From: an uncultured Chthonomonas sp.
Lineage (GTDB): Bacteria > Armatimonadota > Chthonomonadetes > Chthonomonadales > CAJBBX01
Reading direction: 5' to 3'
Assembly: GCA_903886985.1 (NCBI GenBank)
Contig: CAISOI010000670.1
Location: 1 to 26,972 of the forward strand
Length of the DNA stretch: 26,972 nt
In this document: one piece after another, positions 16,342-24,463 of the stretch
Numbering within the stretch: position 1 is the stretch's first letter
Layout of the letters: the number at the start of each line of letters is the position of its first letter
Made by a program: the position numbers and the translations under genes
The notes under the pieces: model-generated
What the model was told of the DNA's origin: nothing
Database searches by the model: none
What the model saw: only the letters and a program-made list of their open reading frames with translations

Positions 16342-18210
16342 TCAAAACACATGTCCTATGCTGAAGTGTAGGTGTGCACCTTCACGCCCAAAACCTTCAT
16401 CAATTCGAATGGGCCCAATAGGTGTTACGACTCTTAGACCCACTCCAATACCGACCGAGGGACTAAATCCACTATGTTGTCGGAAGCCGTTAAAGGCCAC
16501 CTGCTCATAGTTACCACCCCAAGCATCTCCAACGTCAGTAAAGAGTACACCGGTTAGAGAGTTCGCAAGTGGATGCCGGAATTCAAAAGAGCCGAGCATC
16601 ATGTTGTTGCCCCAGAATCGGTCTTCGTTGTATCCACGAAGCGACTCCGCGCCACCAACAAAGAACTGTTCCGAGAAGGGAAGGCGACCATTTGCACTTC
16701 CCGCCATCAGCCTCAACGCAAATACCGTTCTCTTTTCCTTCGGGCTGGTCCTACGACCCTTTGGACTAAAGTAGGTACGCGTATCAAGGGATAGCTTCTC
16801 ATAAGTTAGATTGCCGTAGATACCGTTTGGTGTCACACCGTTGACAAGCACAGGGCTCAACTTCGCATGACCGAAATCGGTCGAGATTGTATCATAACGT
16901 CCGGCTGCAGGATCTTGATTGTAGTCTCTGGTATCACTGGCACCACGGATCGTAAGTACCTGAAGTGGACCATTCTGCAGGACCGCAGCATCCTGAATGT
17001 TCAAGCTGACAGACGGCACTCGGATATTGTCGTAACGCAATCCCGTGTAGAGTCTGAATGTATCTGTGATCGGTCGGCTAAGTGTCAGCTGGCCGCCCTG
17101 ATGAGTTTCGTAATAGTCGGTATTGTTTCCCGCCGTCGGAAGACCACCACTGCTCGAAATACTGTTTCCAAAACGATACACAACTTTGTCGTAAATGCTT
17201 ACAGAGAGCGTCGTGTGTTTCTTGTCGACCCATGGTTCTGTGAAATCGAGTTCAAGACTGTTTCTGTTTGCAAGACCGCCCGCTTCCCACATGAGGCTGA
17301 TCTGTTGGCCAAGACCCATCAAGTTGTTTTCGCCAACTTCCATTCGCCCAACAAGGTGGTTTCTGCTGCTATAGCCCACGGATGCACTGACGGTGCCAGT
17401 TCGCTTCTCTTCTACATTGAGTGTCAAGTCCACAACTCCCAAGGTAGGAGTCAGAATAGCAGGCTGAATGTCACTGAAGAGATCCGTATTGAACACACGC
17501 GTATAGGCTCGTTGCAACTTGGTAAGATTGTAATAGTCGCCCTGTTTGGTGTCGTAAAGTTCTCGTAGGATGACCTTAGGTTTTGTCTTTTTAAGCCCAT
17601 TCAACTTGATATTGCGAATTTTAGCGACAACTACGGGAACGTCCAGAATGCCATTTGTAACTCCAAAACCTTCTGGCGCGATTGCAGCCTGGAATCCTTT
17701 GGTCTTGTAGTAGTCTGTAATTCTCTCAATGTCTGCACGTAGAATGTTTAGGTTGAGAACCCGGTCGACCTTCGTCTGGAGTAAATCCTGAAGAACCTTT
17801 GGTTGAATGGGACCTGAACCCGTAATGTTGAAACCTTTTACGATATCGTTTTCGTCCACTTGAATAGTGACGACCGCTTCGTTGGTGGCTCTGTCGACAT
17901 CCGCAGCAATTTTGACTGCTTCATCAGGATTGTCGATGTGTCGCATACCAAAGTTTCCGGTGGAGACCAAGTTGCGCGCAGCGGTCTCAAGATCGGTCTT
18001 TGTGATTCCTTGACCCACTTTAAGTCCCGAAGCACCAAGGATTCCTTCACGGTTAAGTGCGCGGTTTCCCTTAACAACAATTTCTTTGATCTTGGGGGTT
18101 ATCTGCTGGGCACTGGCTCCCACCTGCAAGATAGAGATTGCCGTTATACCAAACAAAAATGATCTCAATATGTTAGAGCCAATACCGACTCTTGTTAAAG
18201 TGCAATTCAA
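16342..18210 (-). CDS. bamA: Omp85-family outer-membrane protein assembly factor with three POTRA domains
   Basis: Signal peptide, three POTRA-like repeats (IKEIVVKGN, VKGFNITGS, IRNIKLNGL), barrel from EKRTGTV, FFVGGAESLRGY lid motif, GVGLRVVTPIGPIRID, C-terminal Phe. GAGGTG SD with TTG start. Confidence 0.93.
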   Translation of the reverse strand: MNCTLTRVGIGSNILRSFLFGITAISILQVGASAQQITPKIKEIVVKGNRALNREGILGASGLKVGQGITKTDLETAARNLVSTGNFGMRHIDNPDEAVKIAADVDRATNEAVVTIQVDENDIVKGFNITGSGPIQPKVLQDLLQTKVDRVLNLNILRADIERITDYYKTKGFQAAIAPEGFGVTNGILDVPVVVAKIRNIKLNGLKKTKPKVILRELYDTKQGDYYNLTKLQRAYTRVFNTDLFSDIQPAILTPTLGVVDLTLNVEEKRTGTVSASVGYSSRNHLVGRMEVGENNLMGLGQQISLMWEAGGLANRNSLELDFTEPWVDKKHTTLSVSIYDKVVYRFGNSISSSGGLPTAGNNTDYYETHQGGQLTLSRPITDTFRLYTGLRYDNIRVPSVSLNIQDAAVLQNGPLQVLTIRGASDTRDYNQDPAAGRYDTISTDFGHAKLSPVLVNGVTPNGIYGNLTYEKLSLDTRTYFSPKGRRTSPKEKRTVFALRLMAGSANGRLPFSEQFFVGGAESLRGYNEDRFWGNNMMLGSFEFRHPLANSLTGVLFTDVGDAWGGNYEQVAFNGFRQHSGFSPSVGIGVGLRVVTPIGPIRIDEGFGREGAHLHFSIGHVF

Positions 18211-18222
18211 AATTCACCTCAT

Positions 18223-18261
18223 AAAAACGGAAGCTCGTTCTATCGAAGCTCCCTCGGTTTT
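18223..18261 (-). terminator. Possible weak terminator/attenuator between the sigma gene and bamA
   Basis: Minus strand GGGAGCTTCG-ATAGAA-CGAGCTTCC (9 bp with bulge and G-U), then GTTTTT, ending 2 nt before the bamA SD. Confidence 0.35.
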
Positions 18262-18317
18262 CAAACTTCTTATCTAAAAACTACCAACAGGTTTAGCGAA
18301 CAGATCGACTATCACGG

Positions 18318-18896
18318 TTAATCTTGTCTGTAGTAAGGCTCGAGCTTGCGTCGGAGCATACCCCGCGCTCTGGAAAGACGCGTTTTGACATTATCTAACG
18401 AGAGACCCGTTACATCTGCAATTTCGTTGTAGGACAACCCTTGCAATTCACGCAAGACAACAACGGTTCTGTAGTCTGGAGCAAGGGATTGAACCGCATC
18501 CATAATTCGCTCGTGAAGCTCTTTTTCTTCGAGCAAAACGTGCGGGGCATAGCTGAGATCTGCTATTTCACGCTGCTGACCACTCTCCTCATTTTCCCAT
18601 GCCTTAGGCTGGTCCAACGAATCGACCGGAATTCGCCGCGCTCTGCTTCTCTGCCTGAGCCGATTTCTACAGTGATTAATCGCTATCTGGTAAATCCAAG
18701 TGTAAATCTGGGAATCACCCCGAAATCGAGAGAAGCCCTTAAATGCACTGATGAAAGTCTCTTGCGTTAGATCGGCCGCCTCCTCATAGTCCCCGAGAAT
18801 ACGGTAGATCACATTGAATATCTTCTTTTCATACATCACAACCAATTCGTCAAAAGCTATTGGCTGCTCAGAACCGCCTGCCGACGGATCGATCAT
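18318..18896 (-). CDS. ECF (group 4) RNA polymerase sigma factor, RpoE/SigW-like
   Basis: Region 2 (FDELVVMYEKKIF, AADLTQETF, FRGDSQIYTWIYQIAINHC) and region 4 (LAPDYRTVVVLRELQGLSYNEIA...VKTRLSRAR). 192 aa, no C-terminal extension. GAGGA SD. Confidence 0.95.
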   Translation of the reverse strand: MIDPSAGGSEQPIAFDELVVMYEKKIFNVIYRILGDYEEAADLTQETFISAFKGFSRFRGDSQIYTWIYQIAINHCRNRLRQRSRARRIPVDSLDQPKAWENEESGQQREIADLSYAPHVLLEEKELHERIMDAVQSLAPDYRTVVVLRELQGLSYNEIADVTGLSLDNVKTRLSRARGMLRRKLEPYYRQD

Positions 18897-18940
18897 CGGC
18901 TGGTCCTCGCCGCATTCCGGACAATTTTAAACCACTTCAT
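18893..18940 (-). CDS. Possible 15-aa upstream ORF (MKWFKIVRNAARTSR) coupled to the sigma start
   Basis: GGAGTGAG upstream of ATG 18940. Its TGA overlaps the sigma ATG (ATGA). Confidence 0.25.
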   Translation of the reverse strand: MKWFKIVRNAARTSR

Positions 18941-19004
18941 ATCGAGCTCACTCCACGCAAAAGTGGTTCTATATGAGTAGCCAAAATCATCGGTTTGGTG
19001 ACAT

Positions 19005-22000
19005 CTAATATCTGAAGACGCCCTCGATGAGGTATGCGTTCGTTCTTTGATCATTAGATGTAAATGAAAATTGCAATTGGGGTCTAAATCTATAACTTAA
19101 TTTAAACTCCCATGCTGCGTCTGCAGCCGTTGAAGAGATTCCGTTAGCGCCAAAACGTCTCCAATAACCTGCGTACAGAGGTCCCTTTATCTGCCTCGTA
19201 GCACGTAGTGTAAATTCACTAAACTGACTCACATCCACTGTCAGTTCTTCAAATCCTAATGCTGAACTAAGTCCTAATTGATCCAAAAATTCAGGGAATA
19301 GACTTGCAGAGACGATCTCTGAAGCCTGTTGTCGCACCACGCGACCAAGGTCTGGATGGCTGTTAAACAGCCCTTGAATGGCACTCTCCCCGCCGAGTAT
19401 GCCCGTGACACGCCTCTGTAAGTCGGCTGTCCCAAATGCAAAATCAGGTGGGTCAGATCGGAAAGTTAATTTCAAGTTGCGTTCGCCGATGAGATTATTT
19501 GAAAACTGCCCACTATCGGCAAACTGTACTGGTCCAGAACTATTCAATGGACCATTTGCTTCCACCGTGATAGTATACCTTTTCTGCGATTTGGGGTCGC
19601 CCGAAGGGGATGCTGTGATTCTCGTTATTGCCGTGAGGTTCACAATCACTCCAAGAGTCGGGTCCGTCAAAGTGGCAACTGCACTGAACGGATAACGTAG
19701 GGTTACGGTCCCGCCCCGTTGGATGGTAAATCGTGAGGTCGGGAATGCTAGGACACCACTATCAATTGCCAGTGAACCGTTTATCTTTAACCTTCGGACG
19801 TCGCCACCTGCGAGGTCGCCCTGAAGCATGACGGGCTGACCTGGAACAGTGTGAATTGTTGCCGTAACCGGGGAAGCAACTATACGTACTTTATCTCCAA
19901 GATTAAAACGTACATCAAATGAAGGTTGAATGACTGCCGTAACGCCGGGAGTGCCGTTCCCAAAACTATCTGGAAGTCGCACATCAGCCTGCATAATGTC
20001 GATAGAACCCGCAATATGCGGATGAGTCAAACTACCGGTGATTACGATATCCGCGGACGTATCATTGGTGATAAATCGCGCTCCTACCAGACTTGGCAGA
20101 TCCTTCTCTGCAAACTGCAACTGCTTCGCTTGGATCCGGAGTGAAGTCTCTTCCGTACGTAATCGCGGTGGCCAAAAATGGATTGTGCTCGGGTCGTTTT
20201 CAAAAGACAGTTCGCCAGTAACGCGAATCGGCTCTTTGGTCCGAACGAGTTTTCGAGATTTAGAGTCAAGTATCTCCGTGAACGCCGTTGCATTCCGAAC
20301 TCGTACGCGATCCCCCGCGAAGTCCAAAGCCACATTGATTGCCCGCAGCTGGGTCGCCCGGTCTGGCAATCGAATCAAATCTGCATCTACAAGTGCTTCG
20401 CCATTAATGGAGGGTTGAAGCAGCGTGCCGGTGACAGTTACGTTCGCGGAAACCGTACCTTTTGCGTCTTCTTCACTTACCGTTAAGCCGTTCTTGTTCG
20501 GAATGACTGCAATGAGGTCAGTCAATTTCTGTTTTGGTACGCGAACAACAGCGTTCATTTCCGCGCCACCCGTATCCGCGGATGATTCTGGATCGAGCGT
20601 TATGTCTCCAGATGCATAGATCTGAAATTGTCGAGGATTCACTACGTGCTCACGGGGCCTAGTAAAATCAAGTTGTAGGGGGTCCGGCTCACGCATTGTA
20701 ATGCGTATGTCGCCCGCTTTGACGACCGCCTTACCATCCTGTAGTTGAATCTTAACCCGTGAAGTCTCTGCATTGGAAAGCCACAGCTCTCTTCCAGTTA
20801 CCACAGAATCGAAAGATACTCCCGAACTGTCCAGCCGTTTAACAGTCTGCTTTTGAGCTGCGCCTGCAATAAGCGGGTTGGTAATCCTTGGAGTTGTCGC
20901 AGCTGTGGTTGCAACGGTGGTAGCTAAAGTGGTCGATGCACTTACTGTGTTAGGGGGAGTATCCGCCGCAATGCGATTTGCCCGACGTTCGGGTCGTGGC
21001 AATTCTGTCTCGATCCATACGAGGTCCTTGACAGAAGCAGAAGCTGTTAGTGTTGGGTTGGCAATATCGCCTTCTGCTTCAATATGAAGACTCTCTGCAA
21101 CTCCAGAGACATCTCTCAAATAGGCTCTCCCAGGGAACCAACGCCCCAGCAACTCCAACGAAAGGTTATTGGTGTCAAAACTGGCAGTTACACTCTTCTG
21201 ATCCACAACAGAACCAATAGCACTAAAACTTGCCTCCCCCGAGCGAAGGATTGCGTTCTTGAGTGCGATTACATTAGTATTCCGATCAAAAGTGACATCG
21301 CCGTCAAACTGCTCAATTACATTTCCTTGAACCCGCGCATTGCGACTAGTCCAATTCAGATGCGTGAACAAGGAATCTATGAGACCACTCGTCTCAAAGT
21401 TCGCATTAACCACACCGTCCAACGGATCAGTAATCGGTTTCAACCATTCGGATGCCGTACCGGTTGGATTGCCGATGACATACGGGCTGTTTGCCAGAGC
21501 TAATCGCAATTCCTCAAATTGCAGACCAGCAATATTTCCATGGAGGTTGAGCCTTCGCGAGTTGAATTCATATTCAACGGCCGGCTCTCCGGTAGCAATG
21601 GAGGACGCAAGAATTTTGGAACCAAACCCGAATCCGTCAGAAGTCGCTTGATTGTTCTGAATGGAGAATATTGCCGGCGTATTTACCGAGAGTCCGTGCA
21701 GATCGCCAATCACAACCTTATTTAAAGTAAGTCCGTTGGTTGTTGCCTGAACTTCACCAGACAAACCTTGGACCTTTCCATCTACCATTTGCCCGGAAAT
21801 CTTTGCCGACACATCTACTTTTCCTTCCAGAAAGACATATTCCGAAACCGAAGGCTCGAACTCCGAAAGGTCTATCGTACTAATTGCGGTCTTGCCTTCG
21901 AATCGCAGATCTTTGGTGATATAACCGTTGCCGGTGATTCTCGACGGATTTTCAGTCACAGCGGAGTCTGCGTATCTAAGTGCAGAGATAGAATCGACAA

Positions 22001-24380
22001 AAAGCGTTCCATTTGCCGGCTGGGATTCATATCTCACGGAGATCAATAAATTTTTCAGATCGAAATCAGCGACTCTGGCAGCGTCAATCGAGATATTTGG
22101 CAGGGCAACAGATAGATTCGGCAAATATCCCGTAATGCGAATATCGCTTTTGGCAATTCCCTGAACATCTGCGTCAGAACCCAACAGATGCGCCACTTCG
22201 CCGATGCTGACATCCTTTAGTTGACCGCTCAGATCCAACATGGGTGAACGCCCCAATGGATTCCCAATCAATCCAGCCAAACTCAATGTCGACGGGAAGC
22301 GATAAGCAGATCCATCACTAACCTCAACACGGTCTCTGTTACCCTTTATCGTTAAAGCAGCATAATCAAAATGTAAATCCGGTGTCCCCAGCCCAAAGCC
22401 GGCAACCTTGCCATAGATCTGTGGGTCGGAAATAACTCCCGTAATATGTCCATCTCTGAGATAAACAGCACCTTCCAACTTCTTACTGCCGTTGGCACTC
22501 TGGATTTCCAACGGAAGCTCTATCATAGAGATGTTATCAGCATTGACGTTGAGATCCACTGTCTTATCATCAAGATCGTAGGTCCCCGTAATAACTGCGC
22601 GGCCCTTAGTGTCTTCAATGGAAACTGGTTGGACAGAGACTACGCCGTCCGCCAAATGCATGCGACCCTGAATCTTGGCAATTTGGTATTCCCCAAGTAC
22701 AAAATCATTCACAAATATTTGAGTATCGAGATCAGGTATCGAATCGTCAAAGTGCCCGCTCATATTTACATCTGCTGAAATATCACCGGACAACGAACTG
22801 GCAACTGCACTTCTATTTTTGACCGAACTTTTGCTTCCTTTTTGTGCCCAGTCCAAAACTTCTTGCTTAACTTTGGCAGGTAGGTCCGCTAACTGAAGGT
22901 GGTGGCTTCGAACAGCCATGGAATATGAAGACTTATCTCCTGCGAGTTTCAGGATTGTCTTTGCTTCTAAATCACCTCCATACGCCGGAGAATTAAAGTC
23001 CAGAGCAAGGTTCCCAGTCCGGTACACAGCATTCAAACGCACTTTCTTCAGTTGCCATTCGTGGTAGACCACTGCTGGCAAAACCCCCGATGCCGTGATC
23101 ATTGGGTCGCTAAAGGAACCCTCTCCGTGAATCTTTAAACTTGAAGAAAGGGCGGAGGAGATTCCATTTTTCAGGAATCCATGAACGAAAGCGTTGCTGT
23201 TCAATTCAAATGTCGGGTCAAGAAGGGATCCATGAAGCTGACCGTCAACGTCACCAACCGCCTCTACTTGTTTCGCTATTTCCGCTCGTTTTTCAAATCG
23301 CAGCAATTTGATAACACGCGTTAACGGAACCTGTTTTCCGCTAACATTTGCCTCGATCGCAGGATTTTTGAAATCTGTTACTATTCCGTCCGACTTAACC
23401 GCCGTTCCAGCAACCGTTGCCGATGCGGAATATTCGACCCTCTGATTAGAAACTCGGGTAGTTCCCTCTATATCTCTGATCGAATCGGTCATCTGCGGCA
23501 ACCTATATACCCCGCCGTTTATCCTTACAACGGTGTCGTACCAAGCAGAAACCTTCCTGTCCTTCGACACGGACCGTAACAAAGTGAAATGCCCATTTCC
23601 AATTCCTGCTTCAATGGATTGTTGCGGAGTAATAAATCGATTGAGCCCAGTCAAAGATAGATCATCTGCTTGAACTCGGAGAAAGAGCCGTTTAAGAGGC
23701 GGTTCATACGTGCCGAGGGCTTTGACAATTCGGACATGGTCCTTATCTCCCTTAGCAGTAACTTCCCAGGTGGTACTTCGATCACTGTCGAGATGTATAT
23801 GGCCATCAATCTGCTTTACATGTTCCGTAAATCGATCTGCAGGTCGTTTTACGTGGTGGGGCATCAGGTCATCTACGTAAGTCAAATCGCCGTTACGAAT
23901 ATTAACCGTCCCGACAGTAGGACGTCCTGGCTTTTGGGGCTTGGAGACAAATATATCGCCGAAATTCCAGTTGCCCGCTCTATCGCGCCGAATGCGCGCG
24001 ACGGGATCGATCACATCTATTACCCCAAAGACTGGCAGCTTCTTATCTTCTGAAAAGAGAATGCGCCGGATATCGAAGTCAAGGACGACTTGATGCGCTC
24101 GGATCAATTCCCCGCGATCTTCAAATTGTTTTCCTTCGGCAATGCGCACGTCTTCTATGAAGACATGTCCACCTGCGAATGTCACTTTGCCGATAGCGAC
24201 TTGACGACCGAGTGCGCGAGTAGCCTCTGCTTGCAGGATGAGGCCCATTTTTGATTCCGTTGATCGCCAGAAACGGTAAAGCATCCTGCCCGACAAAACC
24301 GTGATGGCCAACAGCGGAATAATCATTATTAGAAGCGATAAAATTCTTCGGGTAATTCTCATAAATAAAAAGGGCGACAA
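19005..24380 (-). CDS. tamB: TamB / AsmA-like envelope-spanning protein (DUF490-type C-terminus)
   Basis: 1791 aa with a single N-terminal TM helix, long amphipathic beta-strand repeats, and C-terminal beta-strands ending ...YLIEGVFRY. Lies upstream of bamA. Start is TTG 24380 (AGAGGAG SD) or ATG 24362. Confidence 0.85.
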   Translation of the reverse strand: MSPFLFMRITRRILSLLIMIIPLLAITVLSGRMLYRFWRSTESKMGLILQAEATRALGRQVAIGKVTFAGGHVFIEDVRIAEGKQFEDRGELIRAHQVVLDFDIRRILFSEDKKLPVFGVIDVIDPVARIRRDRAGNWNFGDIFVSKPQKPGRPTVGTVNIRNGDLTYVDDLMPHHVKRPADRFTEHVKQIDGHIHLDSDRSTTWEVTAKGDKDHVRIVKALGTYEPPLKRLFLRVQADDLSLTGLNRFITPQQSIEAGIGNGHFTLLRSVSKDRKVSAWYDTVVRINGGVYRLPQMTDSIRDIEGTTRVSNQRVEYSASATVAGTAVKSDGIVTDFKNPAIEANVSGKQVPLTRVIKLLRFEKRAEIAKQVEAVGDVDGQLHGSLLDPTFELNSNAFVHGFLKNGISSALSSSLKIHGEGSFSDPMITASGVLPAVVYHEWQLKKVRLNAVYRTGNLALDFNSPAYGGDLEAKTILKLAGDKSSYSMAVRSHHLQLADLPAKVKQEVLDWAQKGSKSSVKNRSAVASSLSGDISADVNMSGHFDDSIPDLDTQIFVNDFVLGEYQIAKIQGRMHLADGVVSVQPVSIEDTKGRAVITGTYDLDDKTVDLNVNADNISMIELPLEIQSANGSKKLEGAVYLRDGHITGVISDPQIYGKVAGFGLGTPDLHFDYAALTIKGNRDRVEVSDGSAYRFPSTLSLAGLIGNPLGRSPMLDLSGQLKDVSIGEVAHLLGSDADVQGIAKSDIRITGYLPNLSVALPNISIDAARVADFDLKNLLISVRYESQPANGTLFVDSISALRYADSAVTENPSRITGNGYITKDLRFEGKTAISTIDLSEFEPSVSEYVFLEGKVDVSAKISGQMVDGKVQGLSGEVQATTNGLTLNKVVIGDLHGLSVNTPAIFSIQNNQATSDGFGFGSKILASSIATGEPAVEYEFNSRRLNLHGNIAGLQFEELRLALANSPYVIGNPTGTASEWLKPITDPLDGVVNANFETSGLIDSLFTHLNWTSRNARVQGNVIEQFDGDVTFDRNTNVIALKNAILRSGEASFSAIGSVVDQKSVTASFDTNNLSLELLGRWFPGRAYLRDVSGVAESLHIEAEGDIANPTLTASASVKDLVWIETELPRPERRANRIAADTPPNTVSASTTLATTVATTAATTPRITNPLIAGAAQKQTVKRLDSSGVSFDSVVTGRELWLSNAETSRVKIQLQDGKAVVKAGDIRITMREPDPLQLDFTRPREHVVNPRQFQIYASGDITLDPESSADTGGAEMNAVVRVPKQKLTDLIAVIPNKNGLTVSEEDAKGTVSANVTVTGTLLQPSINGEALVDADLIRLPDRATQLRAINVALDFAGDRVRVRNATAFTEILDSKSRKLVRTKEPIRVTGELSFENDPSTIHFWPPRLRTEETSLRIQAKQLQFAEKDLPSLVGARFITNDTSADIVITGSLTHPHIAGSIDIMQADVRLPDSFGNGTPGVTAVIQPSFDVRFNLGDKVRIVASPVTATIHTVPGQPVMLQGDLAGGDVRRLKINGSLAIDSGVLAFPTSRFTIQRGGTVTLRYPFSAVATLTDPTLGVIVNLTAITRITASPSGDPKSQKRYTITVEANGPLNSSGPVQFADSGQFSNNLIGERNLKLTFRSDPPDFAFGTADLQRRVTGILGGESAIQGLFNSHPDLGRVVRQQASEIVSASLFPEFLDQLGLSSALGFEELTVDVSQFSEFTLRATRQIKGPLYAGYWRRFGANGISSTAADAAWEFKLSYRFRPQLQFSFTSNDQRTNAYLIEGVFRY

Positions 24381-24421
24381 ACTCTCCTCTTCTCTATTCG
24401 AGAAAACGAGGCCGTCGCCCT
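24363..24421 (-). promoter_or_regulatory. Structured tamB leader: long hairpin occluding SD and start, followed by U-tract
   Basis: Minus strand AGGGCGAC-GGC-CTCGTTTTCTC-GAATA-GAGAAGAGGAG-AGTTT-GTCGCCCT-TTTTATTT. Confidence 0.7.
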
Positions 24422-24463
24422 CTAATACGGCAAAACCAATACAATAGTCCCGTCAGGGATTTT

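Noticed and set aside
14623-17568. Long antisense ORFs (14623..15198, 15469..16137, 16867..17568) and the other short ORFs overlapping called genes
   Set aside because: They lie opposite or inside well-supported genes and show no recognisable motifs; they are typical shadow ORFs.
24429-24455. GGCAAAACC resembling the c-di-GMP-I (GEMM) riboswitch P2 motif
   Set aside because: It is on the strand antisense to tamB and lacks the GAAA tetraloop/receptor and the downstream GCAAAGC elements.
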